Shown piece by piece: positions 50,408 to 63,823 of a DNA stretch of 64,000 nucleotides. The DNA is from Octopus vulgaris (Eukaryota). The position numbers and the translations under genes are program-made. Under the pieces are notes generated by a model that saw only the letters and a program-made list of their open reading frames with translations, did not search any database and was not told where the DNA came from. Within the stretch, counting starts at the first letter, position 1. Each line of letters begins with the position of its first letter. The stretch covers positions 166,160,001 to 166,224,000 of the forward strand of contig OX597814.1 in NCBI GenBank assembly GCA_951406725.2, in the 5' to 3' direction.

Positions 50408-52176
50408 ATTTAGAGGATCTCTCATAGGCTCAACTTGGTTGTGAGTGTAGTTTGTTTATAAAAGACATCCTATAGTTTGGCTGTTAGTAGATGAGATGAA
50501 TAATTCTGGAGATCAGCTGATATATAAATAGTTTGATTGAGGGAGTGAATTCACAATTCTAAGCACATCAGAGTGGATAAAACCCAATTAAGCTGAAACA
50601 ATGACTCTTTGTTAGACCTATATGCTTTCTGTATGGGATTTATAAAAGCTAAATTGTTCTAGAGCATGGCTCACATGACATGATCAGTCACTTAGTTTTC
50701 TATCCCCATTTGTGCTTTATATTCATTGAGAATTATCAGTAGCAACTCTGGTTCCTGCATTAAACTATAGAATGGATTTTATCATACAGTTACTAACACA
50801 AATATTCTTTCATGAGAAACAAAAGTATTTTCTGTGCATGTAAAAAGCAGTCTATATGAATTATATCTTAGAATATCTATAATTGTCTCTGTAGTTCTCA
50901 ACCTTTTTAACTCCACTCTGTACTGCAGATCCAACAAAAATTACTGGTACGCCTTGCATGGAAAGCTGGGGTGAGTGAGTGTGTATGGAGTAAGGGGGGG
51001 GGCTAACAAAGCAAAACAAAATACAAACAGTGGTATAGCTAATAAGGGAGCAAGAGGAGTGACCCCTCCCTGAAAACGTATTTTTCTAAATTGGCACTTT
51101 TTATAAAATGTATAATTAATGAGTTAAACATTATTTGGTATGTGTCACGGTGCCTTTTTTTATGTGCTCACTCCCACTAACTTTAGAACCTGGCTACAAA
51201 CCCTGTTTTAAAGTTAAAAATTCAGAAAAATGTTTTAGAAAACTATTGTTTACCTTGTTTTGATAATTATACTTATATTTAACAAAATTAAGAATAACCT
51301 GTTGTACAAGCTACTCAAACATTAATTGTAGTTCGTAAAGTCTTGCATTACCATCAACATCATTTTGACATTCATTTTTGCATGCGAACATGGAAAAGTG
51401 ATGACGTTTTACTGAGGCAGATTTTCTACAGGTAAATGCTCTTCCTGTCACCAACCTTCACCTGTTTTCAAAGAAGGTAATATTTCCCCATGGCCAGATG
51501 TGTTCTTGCAGAATATTGGAAATGAATGACACTGCTTGCATGACAGTGACAACCATTTTCACAAATATCATGTCACATCAAGACAAGGAGACACAAACAC
51601 ACACACACATTCACTCAATGCACACACACTCATTCACTCTGTCACACACATATTTACAGTCATTCACTCACACATACATACATACATACACCTACATTTA
51701 CTCACACACATACACACACACAAGCACACATGTGCACTCACACACACACATACACACATCTACGTGGGGCTTCTTTCAGTTTTCATTACTCAATTTCACT
51801 CACAAGGCTTGGGTTGGTCCAGAGATATAATAGAAAAACCTTTGCTCAAGGTACCACACAGTGGGTCTAAATCTGGAACAATGTAGTTGGGAAGCAAACC
51901 TGTTACCACACAACTACATCTGGGGTCATAAAAATTCATGGCACGCTTTGAGATCCTTTGCAACATGTTGTTTGAGAGCTACCGCATGCTATATAAGAGG
52001 AAAAGCAAGAGTATCAACAGTATTGTTTCTATTTTTTTAAATATATTTAGTGCATAGTTAAAGTAGGCAGGAGTGGTGCTTTGGACCATTGCAGGCTTTC
52101 AGAACCACATAAACAATAAAACTGCATACAAAACTTGTGAGGTCAGTCATAATAATGGTGGTGGTGATAGCATATA

Positions 52177-52876
52177 TGAAGGGAAGTCAAAAATTATCTA
52201 CACTTTCACTATAATATATCTTTATTATTGCCACACTGCTTTCTGCACATGTGTGTTTATAGTTGATACTATTGTGGTCACGTGATCAAAGTTTGAGCCT
52301 GTTTGTGACATTTTTCTTTCTGGTTTTACAGTGTAAGCATGGTCACTCCACTAGCAATGTGCACCAAAGAAGAACAAAGAGCAGTGATCCAATTTCTCTG
52401 GAAAAGGGTGTACGATCAACAGTGCTTTGCTGGCTAACAAATTGAAGGCAGGAATTTGCACCAAATGCTGAAGCCTATTGTCAAAGAAAGTTTGTTGCTG
52501 CATGACAATTCACACCTACACAAGGCCACCCAGACCATTTAAACCATTATCCAATTGAGTTTTGGGGTGCTGGATCACACCCTGTCTACCGCCCAGATCT
52601 CACCCTTTCTGACTATCATATCTTTGGACCGCTCAAAGATGGCTTATGAGGTCATCAGTTTTTTATGAGTGAAGATATGAAGGAAGCAGTGTATAAATGG
52701 TTGCATGACTAATTGAAAACCTTCTCCTTGGAAAGAATATGCAAGCTTGTGGACTGTTGGACCAAGTGCATCGCAAAGGAAGGAGACTATATAGAAAAAT
52801 GACATACTTGTTTATCATCTGTTTTTTATCATCAGCATTGAAAAAACAAGAGTGTATAATTCTTGACCTTCCCTCA
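52177..52876 (+). mobile_element. Internally deleted mariner (700 bp)
   Basis: TA|tgaagggaagtcaaaaattat ... ataattcttgaccttccctca|TA; LLLHDN and YRPDLTLSDYHIFGPLKD motifs. Confidence 0.88.
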
Positions 52877-52940
52877 TAAATATCCAAACTTTTGCAATAG
52901 TCAAAAAAAAAAAAAAAGAAAAAGAAAATCCTGTTTTTAA

Positions 52941-53159
52941 CCCTTTTGTTATTGTATTTATTTTGAGATGCTCTGTGTTTCTTTCACTTACTTTAAATAT
53001 AACAAAGAATTTAGTAAAATAACTTAGTTATCATTCAGCTAGTGTTAGGAACATAAATTGTAACTAAGGTTTGGTGGAAGATTTAATTCAAAACTTACGA
53101 AAACAAGACATTTGTACTCAGAGCCAGAGCCAGTTTCAGCCAGGTTGGTAATGAAAGGG
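52941..53159. mobile_element. piggyBac-type MITE
   Basis: TTAA|CCCTTT ... AAAGGG|TTAA. Confidence 0.85.
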
Positions 53160-53459
53160 TTAAACAAACAATGAAATACTTATTGAGTTTATTGAAGTGT
53201 AGTACCATAGTCTTACATTGGTTTTTTAATTGTTAACTTTAGTCATGTGTACCATTTAATACAACAGTGTAAGGGTGTTATAATTGATAATTGTTATTAA
53301 CTGGTAATCTATTTACTAGTAAAATAGTGTTTGTTTGTGCATATATGTATATTATGTAACTCCTGTTCTTTTGTCATTCAATAATTTGTATATTTGTATC
53401 TCTCATGCGCGTGCATGTGTGTGTGTGTGCGCGCGCACACGCCTACACACACACACACA

Positions 53460-54015
53460 GCGCTTAGGCTAAATTCGACAGTTTACATAAACAGAAAAGA
53501 AAACACAATAAGCACAATATCTCTTCAAAAAATAAAAGTATTTAAAAAAATCACAAAATATCACCTAGATTATGGCTGGGAGATAGCAGCTTACTCAGAG
53601 TAGCTGCTCTTGGCTTTCACCACATCCTCAAGAAGGCTCTGAAAAGTGGCACATGTGTTCCTCACTGTGTCCTTCAGAAGATCTTTGAATGCCTCCTTGA
53701 TCTTAGCCACCAGCTTGACCTTAATGTTGCAGGCATAGTGGTTGGTGTCTTTCTTAATTGCGTCCCACACATTGTAATCCATGGGGTTACAATCAGAGGA
53801 ATTAAGAGGCCAGAAATTAGGGCTGGTGAAGTCATAGACATTCTCCAATAACCACTTCTGACTCTTTCTGGGGGTATGATAAGGAGTCAAATCCTGTTGC
53901 CACACATATTGCCTTCCAGCCAGGTTTTGACCACAGTCTCCAGCAGTTTCACATAATCATCTGGATTGAGTGTAAGGCCCTGTCTAAAGATGTAGGGTAG
54001 CATGTCACCCTCACT
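53460..54015 (-). mobile_element. DD37D (maT-type) transposase 3' fragment
   Basis: WQQD...WPLNSSDCNPMDYNVW with 37 residues between the two catalytic Asp. Confidence 0.85.
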
Positions 54016-54329
54016 GGTGTCATTGATGGAACTAAATTACTTGCAGTCTGAGGTCTGACAAAGATGCCCTCCTTGAGCTTAGCAGAACTCAGAGGTTGTG
54101 AGTTCGATTCCCAGACTGGCAGCTGTAGAAATGAGTTATGACATCACTGATACCAAGCTGTATTGGCCTTTGCCTTTCCCTTGGATAACACCGGTGGTGT
54201 GGAGACGAGAGGCTGGTATGCATGGGCTACTGCTGGTCATCCATAAAAACAACCCTAGGTTGTGCGTTTGCCGGTGAGGTGACTTTCCACCCAGACCTGT
54301 ACCCCAGAGGGGAACCTCTTAGGTGCACC

Positions 54330-54759
54330 CAGAGTTGAGTCACAATACACACAAATTATAATACAATGTTGGGCCCAGGATTTGTCCTGATCTTCAGTTT
54401 TACAGTCAAAATAATGAAAGTAAGCAGTTGTTAGGAGGAAGTACTTGTTCAGCACTATGCGACTGTTGTGAAATCCCCACACACAGCAGAATGAATTTGC
54501 CTTGTTGATGCATCCTTGGTGTTTTGAATTGCCTGAAGCCATTGTAGAGATATATATTATATGTGTCACAAAAATCTGGAAAACAAAATATAAATTGTTC
54601 ACATATATGGTTACATGAATTGTCATAAAATCATAATTATGTATATCTCAAAAACTAGAGGTGATGGGTGAAAACTAGTTTTGTATATGAAATCAGCACC
54701 CCGTAATTAGGCTAGAACAAGTATTTTTATGTTTGCCTTAATTTCTTTGTAAACCAGTG
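54330..54759 (-). mobile_element. 5' end of a CMC-superfamily DNA transposon (Chapaev3-like)
   Basis: Terminus CACTGG at 54759. N-terminal peptide MAS...CINKANSFCCVWG...AYFHYF.C..EDQDKSWA.H..C..C. Family name from memory. Confidence 0.6.
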
Positions 54760-55261
54760 TGATCATCACTGTTTCACTGTCAACTTTTCCATGCTTGCAT
54801 GGCTCATATGTGAGTATGTTGGGGAAGAATTTTCCAGCTGCTAACCCCTACTTGTTTTCATGTGTGGTAATAATCTCCCAATCTATTGAACGAAAAACAG
54901 TCTGGACTTGTTTGGAGAACTCGAGACAAAAGGCATTGTAACATGTCTTTTTGTTTGCAAAGATTATGGAACATGTCAAGACATGTCACGAAGTCTGGGC
55001 ATTCTTTCATAGTAGACTGCAAGCAAATGATTCTGTGAGCAAAGCTAATTTTACAACTAATGAGTGACAAGGGAAATACAAGATCACTCACACTGACACG
55101 TACACATAAACAAATGACTTTTTTCAGTTGCCAACGACCAAGTCCACTCCCAGCCTTTGGTCAGTTCAGGGCTATAATAGAAGAAACTTGCCCAAGGTAC
55201 CATGCAGTATGACTGAACTCAAAACCACATGGTTGGGAAGCAAACTCCTTAACTTCATACA

Positions 55262-55440
55262 AACACACACACACATATGTATGTATATATGTGTATATAT
55301 ATATGTATATATGTGTATATGTATATATATGTATATATATATGTGTGTATATATATATGTGTGTATATATGTGTATATATATGTATATGTGTGTATATAG
55401 ATGTATATATGTGCATATATGTGTTTATATATGTATATAT
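55262..55440. repeat. Compound (TA/TG)n microsatellite (similar tract at 55711-55826)
   Basis: Directly visible; the two tracts flank an RTE-tail copy. Confidence 0.95.
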
Positions 55441-55710
55441 ATCATCATCGTCATCGTTTAACATCTGCTTTCCATGCTAGCATAGGTTGGACGATTTTGA
55501 CTGAGGGCTGGCGAACCAGATGGCTGCACCAGGCTCCAATCTTGATCTAGCAGAGTTTCTACAGCTGGATGCTCTTCCTAATGCCTACCACTCCGAGAGT
55601 GTAGTGGGTGCTTTTTACGTGCCCCCGGCACGGGGGCCAGTCAGGTGGTACTGGCAATGAACTCGCTCGAATTATTTTACAAGTGCCAGTGAAGCAACGT
55701 TGGTAACGAT
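55441..55710 (-). mobile_element. RTE-tail retroposon inserted in a microsatellite (similar: 58044-58288 minus, 56430-56660 plus, 39270-39420 plus)
   Basis: catcatcgtttaacatctgctttccatgctagc terminus. Confidence 0.82.
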
Positions 55711-55788
55711 TATGTGTATATATGTATGTATATATATGTATATATGTGTATTTATTTATATATATATATATATATATGTGTATTTATT

Positions 55789-55825
<37 letters not shown>

Positions 55826-57426
55826 ATGGCAGTAATGTGTATATTTGTTTCCTTGTATTGATGTCACGTGCTAATTGTAAACAAACAGCTACAACATATG
55901 AGCTTGCCATATTTTGTGGAAATATGCCTGGATTTTGTGTTGGGTGTGTTCTAAAGACTAAAGGAAACTTCCTGTTTAGAAACAGGTGAGGGTTGTTAAC
56001 AAGGAGAGAAGTTCAGCACTGCACGTAACTTCATCTGTCACTGGATCCTGAACCACATAACCTCAATTCAAATAGCAGTTGCTAAACTGTAACTAAGCAC
56101 TCATTTTTGCAAGAAACAAAGTTTAACCTCATTTTAAAAAGAACTTCCTGTCTGTACTATCTATTACTTTTCTTTCTTTCACACACTTACAAACTTACCT
56201 GTTCAATCACCTCATTCAATCTTCTGTACTCTTTATATACCCTTCCTTGTAACCTGAGGATACACTCAGTCACATCTTCTTCACCATCTACTCTCTTTCT
56301 TTTCTCATCTGGAAGTAGCCATGTATCTCCTCTATTGCCAGACCTGTTTCTGTCCTATTATATTCTAACCCTCTCAGTTCTTGGCACAAAGCTGCCTCTC
56401 CCAATACTACTCTCCACTCTGTTGTGGGGTTTTGTCTTGCAAGTTACATGGTGACTTCACTGTTGGAGGTGTCATGTAAAAAGCACCTAGTATACTCCGT
56501 AAAGTAGTTAGTATTTGGAAGAGTATCCAGTTGTAGAATCCATGCCAAAACAGACATTAGCACTTGGTGCTATCCTCTGGCTTACCAGCTGCTGTCAAAC
56601 CATCCAGCCCATGTGAACTTGGAATGCTGATGTTAAATGATGAGGATGACGATGGTGATGATAATGGTTTAATAGAGTTCTTTGGAATATTTTCTTGCTT
56701 TAACTTTTGAGTGTCGTGGTAGTTACACCTAAAGTAGTGAGTTAGAATTTGGTGATAGCATTTATCAATTATTTATTCATTGTTATTTGTTAATGATTTA
56801 ATTAGAGAAAAAGCTTGCATTTACAAAAAAAATCACATGATATTCTAGTGTCATGTACACACCAGCAATCTAAATAATACCAGGATTTATTGATTTTGAG
56901 CAGGAGTAGAGTGATCATGTATTTTATCATGGCAGCAATGCTTTCATTCATAATGAGGGCCTCCACAAAATCTCTGGACTTAAAAGCAAAATCTGTTAAG
57001 TATTTTCTTCAATGTTTTCCTGAAGAAATCTTTGGTCAGTGTGAGCAATGAGGCCACAAGGTATGCTCCTCAACCAGGTAACATCACCTTTATTATTACA
57101 TCAATGGAGTAAATGAAGGTATATCTTATGTATCCTAAGGCTCTATCTCCAAGACTACCTATGTGTACTTTATACTATACCAAGCATCAAATGCTTCAAA
57201 AATAATATAATTTCTAAAGAATTTTATGTATTTCATGGTTCTTCATAAATTTGCTTTAATCTTGTTTTCAAAATATCCATGGAAATTCTATGTGTACAGA
57301 TGACAAGTTTATAAGTTTACACTTTGTTCTGTGCACCTTGACAATAAAGGTTGCTTATATCCTATATTTGCCAGCATTGAATTCATTTAAAAACCACTAA
57401 GTTCCCCTACTGGCCCCTGTATTATA

Positions 57427-57480
57427 TTGGGTTGGTGCATAATTATTGCTGCTTTTTTTCAGCAAATTTTATTTAACAAA
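57427..57480. mobile_element. Solo mariner TIR fragment
   Basis: TA|ttgggttggtgcataattattgc resembles Hsmar1/MADE-type TIRs. Confidence 0.45.
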
Positions 57481-58284
57481 GACATCTTTAAATGGTCTGA
57501 CCATCTGCCAAGTAAAAGTAAAATAAAATTGTAAACAAAATGCTTATGAGCCATTTATCAATTTTACTCTACTACTGCTTCTTAGTATAACAATCTGTAA
57601 GTTGTTTCCTACTTTATAGTATTGAGTTTGGACTCTGACCACGAAAATTAAATAATCCATCTATAAATAGGAAGTCAATGCTGGTAACAGGATACTAGCT
57701 GGACCGTCTTAACTGTCAGGCACCAATGTATTGTGATAAACTCTCACATTGATTTTGACATAAGTATTCCTTCCCCTTGTTTAGTCAAGGAATGAAACTA
57801 TCTAGTCTAAGTTATTTTTAGACAGAATTAACCTGAATCTATGTGACAAGCATGTGACTTCAAATCAAGGTTACAGTCTATCTATCTGACTGGTTTCTTC
57901 ACATTTTCCATCTCATTTTCCTCACATGGCTTGGATTGACTCAAGTCTACGGAAGAGGATACTTCCACAATGTGTTATACAATAGAATTGAATGTAGGAT
58001 CTAATGATTTAACCGCTTAGCCAATGTGCCTATATATATATATATCATCATCATCATCATCATTTAGTGTCCGCTTTCCATGCTAGCATGGGTTGGACGG
58101 TTCAACTGGGGACTGGGAAGCCAGAAGGCTGTGCCAGGCCCAGTCTGATCTGGCAATGTTTCTACGGCTAGATGCCCTTCCTAACGCCAACCACTCCGTG
58201 AGTGTAGTGGGTGCTTTTTACGTGCCACCAGCACAGGGGCCAGGCGAGGCTGGCAACGGACACGATCGGATGGTGCTTTTTACG

Positions 58285-58330
<46 letters not shown>

Positions 58331-59021
58331 AGTCCCTTTTGCATCTGCTTTCCTTGATGCATAGATTAGATGGATTATCACACACTGAGTTATTTACTGC
58401 TCTCTTAGATTGTTCAGAGGATCATTTCTCACTCATACACGATCTACTTTTCAAGATTGGATGCTCTTCCTAATACCAATTTCTTTACTGAGTATACTAG
58501 GTCCACAAGCCATTGTATAGAATTCATTGAGTGCATATTATCATGGTATCAACACCTGTGAGGTTGCCCTGTCCTTTGCAAGACCAAAAGTCATTGCTAC
58601 TCTGTTGTCTCCATTCATTCAAGACAACATAATCAAGAGGTTATTGTGAGAGAGAGAGAGAGAGAGAGTAATGGTTAGCTGTATAGAATAGTAATGGTGG
58701 AAGTATATCAGATAAACATACCTGATACAGTTCTCCCATTGCCTACATATTGTTGTAACAAGAGAGGAAGATAGAGGGAGAGAAAGGTGAAGAGGTAGGG
58801 CTGGTTGTAGGAGGTGATTGAATACAGACACATCCAAAGCTATCCCTTGTTACATGGATGGCAACAGTACAGTGGGAAATGGAGAAGGTGGGTGTTTGCT
58901 AGAGAGATGAGAAGATATCAATAAGGTAGAGTGGGCAGCAGATGGAGACTGAACAGGTCCAAATGTTGAAAAATTATACATCCCAGGCTCCATCACTACC
59001 ACCATTTTAATACTGTATTTG

Positions 59022-60419
59022 TGTTATAATCTTTTTAATGTTGGATTATTATAACACCCACTTTGGTATACAGTATACTTAGAAAAATCAGTAAAGATAT
59101 GATGATCTCTGAACACCTATGTACTCTACTGGTACTTCACGTACTTCTCTTTATCTATGTTGTTCCATTCGTCATGTGGGAGGGGTGTACCATTATTACT
59201 AATTCCCTACAACTCCCCTTTTAAGTTTTTCTTAGGAATTGTCATTTTTTTTATTTACCCCACCTCCTTTTTTTGAGCTTCTTTTTTCGTGTAATTCAAT
59301 ATTTTTTGTACTTGGTATCTATTTTCAAGAACTCTCTATATTTTCTTTTCCTCTGTCTTGTATGCCTGGGTTCAATCACCTACAGTGGTGTTGGTACTTG
59401 GAATGTATTGTACAACCATTCCATTGGTTCCTCCAACTTCTTTGGTTCGTTTACCACCAGTCTCTTTTTCAGTTGGTTTCTTCCTGAGTCTCTTTTGTAT
59501 GCCTTTTCTACTTTTTACCCAATACACCATTTTACCTTTGCATTTAGTAATTATGCCATCTTCCCAATTCAACTTTCCATTCTTGTATGCCTTCATATAC
59601 ATCTTTTCATCAACTTTAAAGACTTTTGCTATGTCTTCCCTGGCACTTTTTCTTTTCTTGCCAGGTAGCAATTTATCAAAGACTAATAAAGCTGTAGAAA
59701 TGAGATGCGACATCACTAGTGCCAAGCTGTATCGGCCTTTGCCTTTCCCTTGGATAACATCAGTGGTGTGGAGAGGAGAGGCTGGTATGCATGAGTGACT
59801 GCTAGCCTTCCACAAACAACCTTGCCTGGACTTGTGCCTTGGAGGGTAACTTTCTAGGTGCAATCCCATGGTCATTCATGACCGAAGGGGGTCTCCTCAA
59901 TATTATTTGTTGTTGTTGCTTCTGTTGTTGCTCTTGCAGTTGTATCTGCTGCTGCTGTTGTTCTTCCAGTTGTTCTTGGTAGAGTTGTTGCTTCAGTTTT
60001 TATTCTTGCATTTGTAGCTGCTGCTCTTGTTATTCTTTCAGTTGCTGTTGTTGCTGTTTTTGCAACTCTAGCAAACTGGCCAACAAATTTTCCATAATTT
60101 TGCAATTTTTTTTTTTCATAAAATTCACACAACAAAACTTTGTGAGTTTAACTTCTCGTAAGTTGTTAATTCCTTCTAAAGTTTATTAATTCCTCGTGAG
60201 TTGTTTGAATCCTTGTTGCCACCGTTATAATCCTTTTAATGTTGGATTATGATAACGGTCACTTTGGTATACAGTATACTTAGTAAAACCAGTAAAGACT
60301 ATCTCTGACTGCCTACTATGTACTCTGGTATTTCACATACTTCTCTTTACTTATAGTGACCAGCTTATTCCATTTGTCACGAGAGATGGGTGTACCTTTA
60401 TTACTAATCCCCTATAGCA
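59022..60419 (-). mobile_element. Internally deleted Ty3/Gypsy (Mag-like) LTR retrotransposon
   Basis: ~195-bp LTRs at 59022-59213 and 60223-60419. 5-bp TSD ATTTG on both sides. PBS TGGCAACAAGGAT (60221-60209); PPT AAAAGGGG (~59215-59222). Q-rich gag start MENLLASLLELQKQQ; integrase C-terminal FDKLLP..F.V.E..Y...W..G.I....G...Y.V. Confidence 0.9.
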
Positions 60420-61519
60420 ATTTGCCATTCCCTACCACAATTTACTTACTACCAGTTGTTGCAGCCCTTTGTTTCTCCTTTGTGCAATTCAGCATCTTGA
60501 GATAAGTTATCAGTACTCAAAGCACTGTGTGTGTGTGTGTGTGTACATGTGTGCAGTGCGAAACTGCTATGATCTCTTTGACATTGACTGATGAGGAATC
60601 AGCTGCAGATTTTTTATGTACTATGGTTTTGTCTAATTTTTCATTCATATCTTTGTTAAATTCGTCCATTTGTTGTGTTCTTTTTTATTAAATGTAAAGA
60701 GATAGAAGATTGTCTGGGAAAAAAAAATCTATTGCTTAATTGATTTCAGTTGAAAATTATGTATAGAGATGTGTTTGTTGTTGATTGAACTAATATCCGT
60801 TTATTACTGATACTTATTTTATTGACCCAGGAGTAGAATCAAAGTCAGGCAAGATTTGAACATGTTATATAAAAGTATGAATTCAAAGATTGTTAGACAC
60901 TTTAGTCCATTGGGATTATTGACCAAATGACTACATTCAAACCTTAGTGTTGGCACCCTGTTCTTTCCTCAGTCTGCTGCTGGCTAATATCTGGTGTCTG
61001 TTCTTTGTGTATGGATAACAACAGGAAAGTTGTGCTGGTGTAAAAACACTTGCTCCAAGACCTATCTTTTACTTGTTTCAATCACTGGACTGTGGCCATG
61101 GTGGGACAACACCTTGAAGAGTTTTAATTGAATAAATCAAACTCAGTACTTTTTTTTTTTTTTTTTAAAGTCTGGTATTTATTCTATCATTTTTATGTTG
61201 CTGAACTGCTAAGTTACAGGGACATAAACAAACCAATACCAGTTGTCAAGAGTAGGTAGACAGACACAAACACAAAAATATACATGCACACCTGATGAGT
61301 TTCTGTCTACCAAATCTGCTCTCAAGGCTTTGGTCAGCCCAGGACTATAGTAGAAGACATTTGCCTAAGGTGCCAAGCAGTGGGACTGAACCTGAAATCA
61401 TTCTGTTGGGAAGCAAACTTCTTACCACACAACCATCACACCTATTTCTAGCATGATTAAAAGAGTAATTAAGCAGTAAAATAAATACTTAAATATATTA
61501 GTTCTGATGAATTTATGTG

Positions 61520-61993
61520 AAGGCGTGTGACTTAGTGGTTAGTGTATTCAGCTCATGATTGTAAGGTCATAAGTTCAATTCCTGGTGATGTGTTGTGTCC
61601 TTGAGCGAGACACTTTATTTCACATTACTCCAGATCACTCAGCTGGCAAAAATGATTAGTACCTGTATTTCAAAGGGCCAGCCTTTTCATACTTATTTCT
61701 TTACTACCCACAAGGGGCTAAACACAGAAGGGACAAACAAACGGATTAAGTCGATTATATCGACCCCAGTGCATAATGTAGCGGCAGACGAAATACCGCT
61801 AGGCATTTCACCCGGCGTGCTAACGATTCTGCTAGCTCGCCTTGTCATACTTGGTGTCATGCTGAATCTCCCTGAGAACTATGGTAAGGATACATGTGTC
61901 TGTGCTCAGCCACATGCACATTAATTTCATGAGCAGGCTGTTCCATTGATCGGATCAACTGGAACCCTCATCGTCATAACTGACGGAGTGCCA
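61520..61993 (+). mobile_element. Ceph-like SINE with a nested, internally deleted Meta-type SINE (~61693-61841, minus)
   Basis: Host halves rejoin across the insert; approximate TSD ttttcatact / ttgtcatact. Confidence 0.8.
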
Positions 61994-62756
61994 GATAAAT
62001 TTGCTTTTATCAAAATGAAAATTTATATATTATGTCTATTATTTGTGATGGCAAAGGGAATATGTTTATAAATTTTTTTCTTTAAAGTGAAATAAATCAT
62101 TGCTATTGTTTTATTTATACTTGGCAGACTAATCTAGTTTATTGGATATTTGAAAATGTCTTTTTCTTTCTCTCTGGTCTTTAAGTATTTTCTTTTTCTG
62201 TCATGAAATGTGGCCTTATTTTATCATTAAATTCAACATGAATAAAAAATAAATAAATAAATAATCAAATATAAAAATGCAAACAAAAATGAACTGGGCA
62301 AAAGTGTACTTGTTTCAGATTACTTAACGCAAAAACACACAAACATTGAAACAATAGAATATTGCAAACACCCCTCCCTACTCAAGGCAGTACAGTGAGG
62401 AATTGTTGGTTATTGTAGTCATCAAAAGGGATGGTGAGGGATATAGTTGTAAGAGATTATACTACTAGATGTGCTAAAGCCTCACTGCCTCTCAATTTAG
62501 CTGTTCTATTGGCGTCATTTCCTCTTTCAAGTACTATAAACTTAGAATGAATCCTAGTTTGAAGTGTCTTTAATTAAGAGTTGAGTTCATAGTGCTTTTT
62601 GTATCCTTAGCTTATTGTCTTAGTCATGTTTTACTGAAGGTTAGTAACTATATTACGCTACAGTGTTGAATTGGTGCTTTTTTCTAAGAATTAACTTTGT
62701 CAAATGTATCATACTTGTCCTTTGTGTGTGTGTGCATATATATATATAATATATAT

Positions 62757-62830
62757 ACAATTTATAAGTAAGGGCAAAAGAAAAAATTTCTAATGCCAAT
62801 TTTTTTCTTTTGCCCTTACTTATAAATTGT
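62757..62830. repeat. Perfect 30-bp inverted repeat with 14-nt loop
   Basis: acaatttataagtaagggcaaaagaaaaaa / ttttttcttttgcccttacttataaattgt, directly after (TA)n. Confidence 0.92.
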
Positions 62831-63021
62831 TTATAAATTTAACCTTTAAAGGTATTTTTTAATATGCTGACCATTGATAAAATTTTTTTCGAAAAATTTT
62901 ATCCTACATTAGATATATATATATCTTTGAAAAAATGAATAGAAAAAGGCTCTTCTGGTAATTTTTCTTTTATATAATAATGAACCAAGGACTTTCTAGT
63001 TCTTATTCTGCTATATATATC

Positions 63022-63823
63022 CAGTGTGCAATGGGTAAATTGTTACTATTTTATATTTTTACTTTTTGCGTATTGTTTATTTTTGATCTTGTTGACTACA
63101 CAGTAGAGTAGAGTCTGTTGGGCACCATCTGTGAGAAAAACAGCACCATGACACAATTTCCTCTGACAGAAATTCGGAAACAATGAGCTGTACTACTTCA
63201 CATTCATGCCAGAAGCTCCAATACAAACATTTCAGAGTGTTGAGGTGTCAATCTGAGGACATAAACCAATAGTGATAAAAATCAAACAGCCGGTCAATAT
63301 CATGGTGTTTGAAGTGATCACTTGTGATGGTGACGTTATGCCTCCATTCATCTTCCCACACAGCCTCATACTCAACATGGAGGCCTACATCAAGTGCCAG
63401 GAGGAGGTAATGCTGCCCTGAGTCAAGGAGGTTGTTGTTGGGAGACCCTATGTCTGGCAACAGGACTCTGCACCATGTTACACAAGCAGGAGAATGCAGA
63501 CTGCAACCTCCTTGATTATTATGCAAGGGGTGCAGTTAAGTGAGTGACCAACAAAACTCCTTGTAACACCAAAGATGAACTGAAGGCAAGGATTATGACA
63601 GCATTCACCATCTTAATCAAGGAAACTGTCCAGAAGAGTTGCGGGAGATTCCGAAGTTGTCTGGAGGCTGTTGTTGAAGCCAATTGCAATTTTATTGAAT
63701 AAATTTACTTTTTAATATTTCAAAATATTTCTGTGTTATTTTGGTAAATATATCTTAAAATGAGATGTCAGTGTTACTTTCATTTTTGTGTAATTTAGAT
63801 GACAGTTGATTCACTGCACTCTG
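63022..63823 (+). mobile_element. Internally deleted DD37D/maT-type transposon
   Basis: Decayed TIRs cagtgtgcaatgggtaaattgt / acagttgattcactgcactctg|TA; MVFEVITCDGDVMPPFIFP and GRPYVWQQDSAPCY. Confidence 0.82.

Noticed and set aside
55128-55989. Long ORFs rich in Y/I/C/V/H/T (also 2645-2986, 26074-26313, 51498-51886, 58093-58473)
   Set aside because: Translations of (TA)/(TG)/(CA) microsatellites and SINE sequence.
57024-57060. Candidate plus-strand exon ending CAAG|gtatgc as ArfGAP exon 2
   Set aside because: In-frame stop in the required phase and no WAS or CxxC motif.
59872-60135. Thr/Ala-rich mucin-like ORF
   Set aside because: Off-frame reading of the poly-Gln gag start of the LTR element.
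60555-60608. GAAAC ... CTGATGA arrangement suggesting a type II hammerhead
   Set aside because: Stems II and III cannot form and no NUH triplet is correctly placed.
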